64,000 nucleotides of DNA from Narcine bancroftii (lineage: Eukaryota), in contig NC_091480.1 of the NCBI RefSeq assembly GCF_036971445.1, positions 93,372,001-93,436,000 on the forward strand. The letters are read 5' to 3'. A program made the translations under genes and the position numbers. Each line of letters starts with the position of its first letter. Position 1 is the first letter of the stretch. The notes under the pieces are model-generated. The model was not told the DNA's origin. It was given only the letters and a program-made list of their open reading frames with translations, and made no database searches. This document shows positions 1 to 12,168 of the stretch, piece after piece.

Positions 1-504
1 TGTATTGCACAGTTTGTTTACATTCATTATCTGTTTACATTTCTTTATTTGTTTACACTATGTACAGTTTTTTTTGCACTACCAATCAGTGGTAATTCTG
101 CCATGTCCATAAGAAAAAAAAATCTCAGGGTTGTATGTCACGTATGTACTCTGACATAAATCTGAAAGGTTGCAAATTTGAATGTAATTTCCAATATTTG
201 AAGTCTGTGTCTTGTCTACAACAGAATCCAATTTTTTTTAAACCTTCTGCACTCCCGGAACACAATCAGAACTACAGGTACTGATATTCTTTACAGACAC
301 TGACGTCACTGCAGACTTGCAACAGAAATGAATTAATGGAGATCATGCGTATAGACTTCCAAATTTGGTTTTCAAGGATCTTTTAAAGACATCATCCAAA
401 AGGCTAAAACTGTAGGTTTAAAAAAAGTTAAAGAGTGGTTACTAGTAAACCATGAAAGTCTGCAGACACCGTGGTTGAAATGAAAACACAATGCTGGAGA
501 AATA

Positions 505-1890
505 TCCTTGGCCATGGGTGTGGTGCCAGAGGATTGGAGGGAGCTCACATTGTTCCAATGTTTAAAAAAGTCTCCAAAAGTAACCCTGGAAATTATAGCC
601 CGGTGAGCTACAAGTGTCAGTAGTAGGTAAATTATTGGAAGGTGTTCTAAGAGATCAGATATACAATTATTTCGATAGTCAGAAACTGATTAGGGATAGC
701 CAACATGGCTTTGTGCGTGGTAGGTTGTGTTTAACCAATCTTACGAGTTTTTCAAGGAGATTACTAGGAAAGTTGATGAAGGAAAGGCAATGGATTTTGT
801 CTACGTGGACTTTATTTAGTAATACCTTGACAAGGTCCCACATGGGAGGTTAGTCAAGAAGGTTCAGACACTAGGTATTCATGGTGAAGTAGTGAAATGG
901 ATTCGACAATGGCTGGACAGGAGAAGCTAGAGGGTAGTGATTGCTTCTCAGACTGGAGGCCTGTGACTAGCATTGATCCTCAGGGATCAGTGCTGGGGCC
1001 ATATCATTGCTCTGGATGATAATGTGATAAATTGGATCAGCAAATTTGCAGATGACACTAAGACTGGAGGCGCTGTGGACAGCAAAGAAGGTTTTCAAAG
1101 CTTGCAGAGGGATCTGGACCAGCTAGAAAAATAGGCTGAAAGATGGCAGATGGAATTTAATGCAGACAAGGTGAGATGCTGCATTTTGGAAGGACAAACC
1201 AAGAAAGGACTTGCACAGTGAATGGTAGGACATTGTGGAATCCAGTAGAACAGAAACCTGGGAATACAGATACATAATTCCCTGAAAGTGGCGTCACAGG
1301 TGGATAGGGTTGTAAAGAGAGCTTTTGGCATATTGGCCTTCATAAATCAAAGTACTGAGTATAGGACCTGGGAAGTTATGGTAAAGTTGTATAAGATATT
1401 GGTGAGGCCAAATTTGTAGTATTGTGTGCAGTTTTAATCATCCAACTTCAGGAAGAATATCAATAAGATCAAAAGAGTGCAGAGAAGATTTACTAGGATG
1501 TTGCCCGGACTTCAGGAACAGAGTTACTGGAGTATAGAAGAATGATGGAAGAATTGATATATGTTTTTTAAATTATGAGGGGAATAGACAGAGTAAATGT
1601 AGATAGGCTTTTTCCACTGAAGGAAGTGAGATACAAACCAAAGGACATGGGTTGAGTGAAAGGGGAAAAGTTCAGGGGGAACTTCTTCACACAGAGAATT
1701 GTGGGGGAGTGGAACAAGCTTCCAGTTGAAGTGGTGAATGCAGGCTCAATTTTAACATTTAAGAAGAATTTGGACAGGTACACGGATGGGAGGAGTCTGG
1801 TCGGGATGCAGGTCAGTGGGACAAGAGACAACAATAATCCAACATGGGACAAGAAGTACTGAAGAGACCTGCTTCTGTGTTGTAATGTCC
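505..1890 (+). mobile_element. CR1-clade LINE, 3' fragment (degenerate reverse transcriptase)
   Basis: Broken RT motifs (SQHGFVRGRLCLTNL, KFADDTK-like, GNFFTQRIVGEWNKLP) spread over several frames with stops and frameshifts; boundaries approximate. Confidence 0.9.
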
Positions 1891-3415
1891 TATAACCAAC
1901 ATTTCAGGCTTAAGCCCTTCATTAATCCTGAAACATGGGTTATGTATTTTTATCTTTGTTATATAAAGGACACTGTTTGACCTGCTGAGTTTCTCCAGAA
2001 TTGTGTATTTGCAGACAATGGTTCTTGTTGAGATATCAGTTCTGATACAACATTTCAATAAGTAACTTCCAATGGTCAAAATATTTATGACCTCTCAGCT
2101 TCAATGATTAAAGAACTGAATAAACAAATTAGTGTTTGCATTTATCACTTGTTCGATTATTTAAGAAGCATAAAATGCCAATGTTCATCGTTAATAAACT
2201 CACACCAATACCAAAATGGTACGTGGTATAAAATTTGTTCGAGTAATGTTGATTGATGTTAATGTTCCGGTAATAGTAGATTTACTGGTCAACTTTATAT
2301 TGTGCAAATCCATCATGAATGTAAAGACTTGTTAATCTCTCAGTTTAAATGATAGTTGTCCACTTAACATATTTACCATCTATTCTTTTCACAAGTTCTG
2401 GCATGGAATGAGCAACATTTTATGGTTTAAATCCTCATCATTTACTGTGCTTTTTCTTTCCCTCCACAATTATACCAGCTGTAAAGGAACTACAGCATTT
2501 AAAGGGTTAAATACAGTAAATGCTGAAAAGGGCAGTAGTTAAAAAAGTGGATACCACCACCATAATCTTCATGAGCTAAATTTCAGTGTAATTTAATACA
2601 GACATCTTAGCTTTTATTTCCAATCATGAGTCTATATTTCAGGTATTAATAGCTGACACTTGATATATTTGATCAGGAGAGAGGAAACCCCCAGATTTAC
2701 TCCTTGATATGTGCCAGAGCAGTGTATCTCCAAACCCAACGATCTGTTAGAGGCTCTGTGTAAGTTGAGAGCAGACGGAGGGAAAAGCCTGTTTTATCCT
2801 CAGTTTATTAGGCTTGGAGAAATATCTGATTGTTTGCGATCACTTTGGTCAGGATTGATGCTTTTCATTGTTGCTCAATGCAGGCAATTTTATTTAAATC
2901 AAAGAGAGGAAGCAGCAACTCAAATTTCACTCGTCTGTTCATGCTGAATAAAACTGCGTGTATTTAGCAACAGTTTCACACATTATGTCAGTCACCCTGC
3001 ATACATCGAGTGAACTCTTCAATTTGCACGAACAAAATAAACCATTTCAAAAAGCATGAAAGGCCTAAGTTACCAAGAACTGATTTCTGAAAGTGACTGT
3101 AAAGCATAAAACCTGAAAGAAGGACCAGTTATTGCAAAACCTAATCAGCATTATCAATCAAATGCCAAATAAGCTTCAGGATTCACATTTTTTCTATTCC
3201 CTAAAATGCTCATTGGCAATTCCAACCATTTGTCATAATAGGAGGCCGCAAAAACCCAACTCCAGTATTTCTGTAATTTTAAGGGGAGGAGAAACTACTC
3301 ATGAAATATTAACCAATGTCTGTAATTTTTAGCACAAGTACTTGCGGCTGAAATACTTAAATGCCTCATTTATAACATGAGCCCAGGGCAACCACCAAAG
3401 GGAATATTGCAAATG

Positions 3416-4959
3416 CAGTGTCCTCCGTAATCTTTGGGACAAAGACACTGGTTTTCCTTTATTTGTATACATTTGCTTGGCAGTTTTAAATTTGTAGTCA
3501 AACAATCCATGTGATTAAAATGGATATTCCAGATTTTATTCAAGAGTATATGTGTTACATTTTGGTTTGACCGTGTAGGAATTACAGCACTTTTTATACA
3601 TAGTCCCCTCATTTCAGGGCGTCATAATATTTGGGGCATCGCAATGGTATGTGTATTAGTCATGTTTAGTGCTTTGTTGCATATCTCTTGCAAGTCTGTG
3701 ATTCATAGACATTATCAAGTGCTGAGTATCTTTGCTGCTCATGCTCTGCTCATGCTCTGCCAGGCCTCTCCTGCTTGTTCTGGGGGATTGTCCCCATAAG
3801 TTTTATCTTCAGCATATGGAAGGCTTGCTCATTGTGATTTAGATAAGATGATTGACGTGACCATTCAATAAATTTCCTATATTCAGCTGTGAAAAACTCC
3901 TTTGTTGCTTTAGCAGTATGCTTGGGATCATTGTCTTGCTGTCGGGTGAAGTGCCGCCCAATGAGTTTGGAGGCATTTGTTTGAACTTGAGCAGATAGGA
4001 TGTTTCTATACACCTCAGAATTCATTTTAGTTACATCATCAATGAAGATAAATGCACCAGTACCCATACATGGCAAGCCTTAACACAGATGAGGATCTTG
4101 GGCAGTTCCTTTACACCTCCACATTTTGCTCTTGCCATCACTCTGATACAGATTAATCTTGGTCTCATCTATCCACAAGACCTTTTTCTAGAATTCTGCA
4201 GGCTCTTTTAAATGCTTCTTGCCAAACTTTAATCTGGCCATCCTGTTTCTGTGGCATGAAGAGGTTTGCATCCTGGAGAGTAGCCTCTGTATTTCTATTC
4301 ATGAAGTCTTCTTCATTGACACATACACGTGGCTCCTGACGAGTGTTTCTGATCTGTCAGACTGGCGTTTGGGGATTTTTCTTCATTATGATGAGAATTC
4401 GTCTGTTATCAGCAGTGGAGATCTTCCTTGGCCTACCAGTCCCTTTGCGATTTCTGAGCTCACCAGTACACTCTTTCTTCTGAAATATATTCCAAACAGT
4501 TTTATTTAGTTATCCTGAGGTTTGGGCGATGTTTATTATTGTTTCATTCTTGTTTTTTCAACCTCAATGGCTTCTTTGACTTCCATTGACACAACTCTGG
4601 TCCTCTTGTTGAAAAATGACCACTACAGATTCCAAACATGATCAAAAGCTTATAAGCAAGCCTAGCTCTCTTATCCCTGCACCACTGAAGCAATTAAACA
4701 TACCAGAATACTCACAAACATCTGTGAAGTCCATGTCCCAAACATTATGGTGCCCTGAAATGAGGAGACGATGTACAAATAGTGCTGTAATTTCTACATG
4801 GTCAAACCAAAATGTCTACAAATAACCTTGAATAAAATCTGGAATGGGCACTTTAAATTCATGTGAATTGTTTCATTACAAAGTTAAAACTGTTGAGCTC
4901 AGTGGCAAATAAAAGAAAAAAGAAAAGTGTCTTTGTTCCAAACATTATGGAGGGCCCTG
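3416..4959 (-). mobile_element. Tc1/mariner DNA transposon, near full length, degenerate, with long (IR/DR-type) terminal inverted repeats
   Basis: Left end CAGTGTCCTCCGTAATCTTTGGGACAAAGACAC and right end GTGTCTTTGTTCCAAACATTATGGAGGGCCCTG|TA are inverted; arms about 220 bp; ORF 3750-4076 carries the Tc1 motif QQDNDPKHT; transposase broken. Confidence 0.9.
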
Positions 4960-5465
4960 TATTTCTGAAACCATTTCACATTCTTCAAGTCAGCATGGAA
5001 CTGATATCTTCTGTACGAGATCAATTAGGAAAATCCACAGTTATTAATTTTTCTAATCCAAAGAAATTCAAACAAACCAATTTTGAAGAGGAGGAACCCT
5101 CCTGTCGCGGAAAACACCGACGAGCAGTGAATAGATAACAGATGAAACTGAAATGCTATTTCGTCACTGGATGAGCTGGACATGGACAGGGAAGGGGAAT
5201 TTATCCAGCATCTTGGGAAGCAACTTGGTTTACAAGAAAGAGGAAGTATTTATAAAATTGACCACATCTCCTTTAACAAGATCACCTACCATCTTCTATT
5301 CCAATCAATCCCTCTGCAGGAAAGAGGAACAAAAACAGGGCATAAAGATCACAGATTGTGGAAGAACCTGATCTTCTGACAGGAAACCAAAGGTTTATAA
5401 TGATCTGGCCTACAACTCACGTCAATCCTCAATGTGTGTAAGGCAATCCTGTTAGGGAACGAAGT

Positions 5466-5700
5466 TCGCTGGAGAAGCTCAGCAGGTCATACAGTGTCCT
5501 TTATGTAGCAAAGGTAAAGATACATAACCGACGTTTCAGGCTTGAGCCCTTCATCAAAGTATGAGAAAATGCTGGAAGGCATTTTATGTCAGTTCTGCAT
5601 CTTTAGCTTTGCTACATAAAGGATACTCTTTGACCTTCTGAGCTTCTCCAGCATTTTGTGTTTTTACTTCAATCATGGTGTCTACAGATTCTTGTGATTT
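5466..5700. mobile_element. Penelope-like-element-derived inverted (hairpin) repeat
   Basis: GCTGGAGAAGCTCAGCAGGTCA...CCTTTATGTAGCAAAG faces its reverse complement CTTTGCTACATAAAGG...TGAGCTTCTCCAGC. Related motifs recur near 1900, 8480, 11500, 26650, 34030, 37020, 44500, 46930, 54400 and 59020. Confidence 0.6.
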
Positions 5701-6324
5701 ATTTCCTAGGGAACAGAGTTCTATGGATGGAAACTTAATTCCCTTCAGATCGTATAGAGCGAAGGGAACAAGTGCTATCCAGGATGATAGCTCAACTTCA
5801 CTGAAAATTATTATTTTCGATGTGACAACTCCATGATTATATAATTCTACTGCTTGCGTTAGACCAATCACATTAAATACTGCAGAAGAAAGGAATTCTT
5901 CCTTTTATATATTGTTCAAGTTTCCGTGCTGTAATTGTTATGTTATGATCATCCGATTGTACAAGTACAACCCGATGAAACAGTGTTCTCCGGTCCTCAG
6001 TGCAAACCATGCAGACACACAACCAGACATAACACACATACAGACAAACGATGCATATGCAATACATATATAAAAATAAATGCATTTGTTTAATTAGTAG
6101 TAGTCTTGGAGGGTTGGTATGAGCAGTTAATCAGTCTTAATTCGTCATCATAAAGTCATACAAAATTACCGTAGTCACTTTCATTTCACAAAAACCTAAT
6201 TACTGAAATTATCCAATCATATTCTTTAGTTAAAAGGATTCTTTTTAATACTAGTTTAAATTGTGTTTGCACTAATTTAAATTAATTTTCTCTGAATCTG
6301 CTTTTCCAGATTATATTGCTGTTA

Positions 6325-7420
6325 TCTTCTTTCTTTGGCTTGGCTTCGCGGACGAAGATTTATGGAGGGGGTAAAAAGTCCACGTCAGCTGCAGGCTCGT
6401 TTGTGGCTGACCAGTCCGATGCGGGACAGGCAGACACGATTGCAGCGGTTGCAAGGGAAAATTGGTTGGTTGGGGTTGGGTGTTGGGTTTTTCCTCCTTT
6501 GCCTTTTGTCAGTGAGGTGGGCTCTGCGGTCTTCTTCAAAGGAGGCTGCTGCCCGCCAAACTGTGAGGCGCCAAGATGCACGGTTTGAGGCGTTATCAGC
6601 CCACTGGCGGTGGTCAATGTGGCAGGCACCAAGAGATTTCTTTAGGCAGTCCTTGTACCTTTTCTTTGGTGCACCTCTGTCACGGTGGCCAGTGGAGAGC
6701 TCGCCATATAATACGATCTTGGGAAGGCGATGGTCCTCCATTCTGGAGACGTGACCCATCCAGCGCAGCTGGATCTTCAGCAGCGTGGACTCGATGCTGT
6801 CGACCTCTGCCATCTCGAGTACCTCGACGTTAGGGGTGTGAGCGCTCCAATGGATGTTGAGGATGGAGCGGAGACAACGCTGGTGGAAGCGTTCTAGGAG
6901 CCGTAGGTGGTGCCGGTAGAGGACCCATGATTCGGAGCCGAACAGGAGTGTGGGTATGACAACGGCTCTGTATACGCTTATCTTTGTGAGGTTTTTCAGT
7001 TGGTTGTTTTTCCAGACTCTTTTGTGTAGTCTTCCAAAGGCGCTATTTGCCTTGGCGAGTCTGTTGTCTATCTCATTGTCGATCCTTGCATCTGATGAAA
7101 TGGTGCAGCCGAGATAGGTAAACTGGTTGACCGTTTTGAGTTTTGTGTGCCCGATGGAGATGTGGGGGGGCTGGTAGTCATGGTGGGGAGCTGGCTGATG
7201 GAGGACCTCAGTTTTCTTCAGGCTGACTTCCAGGCCAAACATTTTGGCAGTTTCCGCAAAGCAGGACGTCAAGCGCTGAAGAGCTGGCTCTGAATGGGCA
7301 ACTAAAGCGGCATCATCTGCAAAGAGTAGTTCACGGACAAGTTTCTCTTGTGTCTTGGTGTGAGCTTGCAGGCGCCTCAGATTGAAGAGACTGCCATCCG
7401 TGCGGTACCGGATGTAAACA
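6325..7420 (-). mobile_element. RTE-clade LINE (AviRTE-like), 5'-truncated, with an uninterrupted ORF
   Basis: 349-aa stop-free ORF (6385-7434) with LFADD RT motif, YLGC, QLRWMGHV and a C-terminal CxxC...H...C finger; 3' end TAAATCTTCGTCCGCGAAGCCAAGCCAAAGAAAGAAGA. Confidence 0.92.
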
Positions 7421-8849
7421 ACTTTGGATATCATACATACCTAGTTAACATTTACATGCCCTAGTGGATATTCCTTAATCATCTTATTTTTTTTCTCGAA
7501 TTATAAAGCTTTTCTTTCGTACTTACTTTTTAACCACAATTCACAATCTGTCTGTAAAAATGGCAGCAGAGTGTAAAGCCTCACGCACAATGAGAATGAA
7601 CGCCAAACACATTTATTTTGGTTGTACAATCATCTTGTACAGATCCATGAACCCTAAACCAGGTCTGGAGTCAACTAACGCAGACCCAACAGGAGACCTG
7701 CATTACTGGTGTAAATTATGTTATGGCCATCGGTAAGTGGCCAACAACAATCTGAATCTTTCACTCTTTCTCTCTTCACAGATGCTGACCTGATGAATAT
7801 TTTCAACATTTTACTTTCATTTCAGGTTTTGAGCACCAACAGTTTTTTGGAGGTTTTCAGTCAGGGATTATATATTATTGTAAATTCATAAGTTTAGTTG
7901 GAAGATAAATGAGAAGTGGCTGGTGAATCAAAATTGAATGAAGAAGTAGGATTTAAGGACATAGATTCGGATTAAGACATGTCTGGCAGTGCTGTGAAGA
8001 GTAACAGCAATTTACACTTGTGTATCTGCACAGTTCTCAGCCATAGGACATTAAAGGGGGCAGAATTGGAGGGAACTGAATACCACAAGGTAAATTTTAA
8101 ACAGATGGACAATGAGTCTTTGTTGAAGAAGGATCTCTGACCTGAAACATTGAATTTGTTACTCTTGGAGATGCAAGAGACTCATTCATTCAGCATGGAC
8201 AATCATGTCTCTCCATCCTTCACAACCTCTGACCCTCCGTAGTTGATGCCTCCCCTGTTCTCCTTCAGTGAAGGCTCCATCTTTGAGCTGAGACCGTAGT
8301 TAATGTTGGGTTCATGATTATACAAGGGAAAAGTTCTGAAGTAGTTTCCCGTTGTCTTCTTCAGTTGCAGTGTCCATACTGGCCACTGATCAGCAGATTC
8401 TTCTGCCCAGCGTTTTTAGTTTTACAACCATAAATTCCAATTCGTAGAATCTGACTACAGAAGGTGTAATGAGGAGCAAACCACTGCTTCAGGAACTGAG
8501 CGGGTCAATCAGCATCTGTTTCAGGTCTCAAGTGTCACCTTGCCTCTGCCTTCACAGATGCTGCCTGACCCTCTCAGTTCCACCAGCAGTTTGTTCTTTG
8601 CTCTGTTTCTCCTCCATAGATGCAGTCTGTCCTAATAAGCATTTCTAGTATTTTCAGTTCTTGCAGAGGATGAAGCGAATTGTCTGTGAAATACCATATG
8701 ATGTTCATTGACCATGAGTGAGCTCCTTCAACACCTTGTAGATGCAGGTCACTAAATAACAACTCTTCACATTAACTGCTAGCAACTCCTGTTAAGTACA
8801 GATTAAAAATTGGTTTTCACTATGGACAACACACTCAGGGGGTCCTCAC

Positions 8850-11283
8850 TGTTCCCCAGTTATATCTAGGCCCCCAAACAGAGGCTGGGATATGGACTAC
8901 AAGTTACAGCTGGAAATAGAAAGTGTGTCAGAAGGAAAATGTCAAAATAATCATGGGGGATTTTAACAAGACAGGGGATTGGGAAAGTCAAGAAGGTACA
9001 GGATCTCAGGAGAGAGAGTTTGTAGAATGCCTAAGGGATGGCTTTTTGGAACAGCTTGTCGATAAGCCCACCAGGAGATTGGCGGTTTTGGAATGGGTGT
9101 TGTGTAATTAGGGAATTAAAGGTCATGGAAATCTTAGGAAGTAGTGGTCATAACATGATTGAGTTCAATTTCAAATCTGAAAAGGAAAAGTTGATATCAG
9201 GTGTGTCAATATTTCAGTGGAACAAAGGGAATTACAGTGGGATGAGAGAGGAACTGGCCCAAGTTAGATGGAGGGATGGCAGAGCAGAAATGGATATTTC
9301 TACAAGAAATAAGAAAGTACAGGATATATTCCAAGGAAAAAGAAAATTATGAATGGAAAAATGGCACAAATGTGACTGACAAGAGAGGTTAAGGCTATAA
9401 TAAAAGCAAAAGGGAGGGCAAACAAGGAAGCAAAAATTAGTAGAAAAACAGAGGACTGGGAAACTTTTACAACGTAGAGAAAGAGACAGAAAGTCATTAG
9501 GAAAGAAAAGATGAATTATGAAAGGAACTTGGCAAATAACATACAAAAGTGTTTTTTTAAATATATAAAGAGTAAAAGAGAGACATGGGTAGATATAGGA
9601 CCGATTGAAAATGATGCTGGAGAAATTATAATGGGTAACAAAGAGATGGCAGAGGAACTAAATGAGTATTTTGTATCAGTCTTCATTGAGGAAGACCGTA
9701 GCCATATACCTGATAGTCAGGGGACTCAGGGAATCGAATTAAGTACAGTCAGGATTACTAGAGAGATAGTGTTTAGTAAGCTGAATGGCTAAAGATAGAT
9801 AAGTGTCCCGGACCAGATGAGGTGCATTCACAGTTCTGAAGGAGGTGGCTTTGGAGATTGTGGAGGCATTGGAAATGATTTTCCAGAAATCAATTGACTC
9901 TGTCAAGGATTGGAAGGTCGCAAATGTAGTTCCACTGTTTAATAAAAGAGGGAGGCAGAAAAAAGGAAATTACAGGCCTATTAGTCTGATGTGGGTAATT
10001 GGAAAGTTATTGGAGTCAATCTTCAAGGACAAGGTTATGAACTACCTCGAGGTTCATGACATGATGGGTCAAAGTCAGCATGAAGGCAAGATCCTGCCTG
10101 ACCAAACTAATGGAATTTTTTGAGGTAGTCTAAGGTAGGATGGACAAAGGAGAGGCTGTGAAAGGCCTTTGATAAGGTGCCGCATAAGAGGCTGCTTAAT
10201 AAGAATGAAAAGCCATGGAATTACAGGTAACATATTAGATTGGGTGGAGCACTGGCTGATAGGCAGGAAGTAAAGAGAGGGAATAAAGGGATCCTGTTCT
10301 GGTTGGTTGCCACTTATTCATGGTGTTCTGCAGGAGTCGGGGTTGGGGCCACTTCTTTTTACAATGGATTGAATGGCTAAATTTACAAATGACACCAAGA
10401 TAGGTGGTGGAGTGGGAAGTGTTGAAGAAACTGAAATATTGCAGAGACTTGGACAGTTTAGGAGAGCAGGCAAAGAAACAACAGATGAGATCCAATGTTG
10501 AGGAATGTACAGTTGTATATTTTGGAAGAGGAAATAATCAGGCAGATTATTATTTAGATGGGGAGAAAATTCAAAATTTGGAAGTGCAAAGGGACTTGGG
10601 GGAACCTTGTGCAGGATATCCTAAAGGTTAACTACCAGGTTGGATTGGCAGTAAAGAAAGTGAATACTATGTTGGCGTTCTTATCAAGAGGAATAGTGTA
10701 TAAGAGTAAAGAGGTGTTGATGAGGTTCTATTGGGCACTGGGTGAGACCTCATTTGGAGAACTGTATGCAGTTTTAGGCCCCTTATCTTTGAAGGGATGT
10801 AATAATGTTGGAGAAGGTACAGAGAAAATTTACAAGGATGATTCCTGGAATGCAAAGAGTGCATACGAGGAGTGTTTATTGGCTCTTGGACTGTATTCAT
10901 TGGAGTATACAAAATTGAGAGGCAATCTCAGAAACGTATTGAATGCTGAAAGGATTAGACAGAGTAGATGTGAATAAGAGGTTTCTCTTGGTGGGTGAAT
11001 CCAGGACAATAGGGCACAGACTTAGAATTAGTTACCCATTTAAAACAGAGATGAGGAGAGATTTCTTTAGCCAGAGGGGCGTGGATTTGTGGAATTTGTT
11101 GCCACATCCAGCTGCGGAGGCCCGATCATTGGGGGGATTTAAGGAGGAGATTGATAGGTACCTAATTAGTTAAGGTATCAGGACGGAATTTGGAGCTAGG
11201 TGTGAGAACAGTTTAGCTCAGGGCGGAGTTGTGAAGCAGACTCGATGGGCCAAACGGCCGCCTTCTGTTCCTTTATCTTGTGA
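8850..11283 (+). mobile_element. CR1-clade LINE, long degenerate ORF2 fragment (endonuclease end through RT and 3' end)
   Basis: IMGDFN, FLEQLVDKPT, GNYRPISL and FFSQRGVDLWNLLP motifs in order, across many frameshifts. Confidence 0.9.
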
Positions 11284-11794
11284 TCTAATAGAGCAGTGAT
11301 AATAACAGATAACTCTGCTCATGATATCCAAATTTATACACCAATCCTATTTTCATATCCTCCTTCTTCATATTTTCCCTTCAATTCTTAGTTTAATTAC
11401 ATTTTCCAAGATAGTAGTGCCACAATGTATAAATTAAACAGAAGGATTATGTCGGCCTAAACATGCTGGTACAATACACTTTGCTATCCTATAATCATTG
11501 CAATACACAAATGCGCTGGAGAAATTCACCAGGTTATGCAGCATCCATGGGAAGTAAAGGGTAAACAATGTTATGGGCCTAGGCCCTTCATCAGGTATGA
11601 GCACTAATTGCCAAAGGGGCTCAGCCCAAAATGAATTCCCATGGATGTCGCATGACCTGCTGAGTTTCTCCAGCACACTCGTGTCTCGTTTTATAACCAG
11701 TGGAATCAGGAACTTGGGAAGTTATTTAATTTGAACACAGGCTTGTTAAAAATTGTGGGAGAATTTGTTGCATATTTAACACTAGCATGTTCAA

Positions 11795-12168
11795 GCATTC
11801 TACCATCTCAGGCATTCTACCATCTCAGGCATTCTACCATCTCAGGCATTCTACCATCTCAGGCATTCTACCATCTCAGGCATTCTACCATCTCAGGCAT
11901 TCTACCATCTCAGGCATTCTACCATCTCAGGCATTCTACCATCTCAGGCATTCTACCATCTCAGGCATTCTACCATCTCAGGCATTCTACCATCTCAGGC
12001 ATTCTACCATCTCAGGCATTCTACCATCTCAGGCATTCTACCATCTCAGGCATTCTACCATCTCAGGCATTCTACCATCTCAGGCATTCTACCATCTCAG
12101 GCATTCTACCATCTCAGGCATTCTACCATCTCAGGCATTCTACCATCTCAGGCATTCTACCATCTCAG
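11795..12168 (+). repeat. Minisatellite: 22 perfect copies of the 17-mer GCATTCTACCATCTCAG
   Basis: 374 bp = 22 x 17; explains the repetitive 17-aa-period ORFs 11731-12231 and 11787-12314. Confidence 0.97.
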
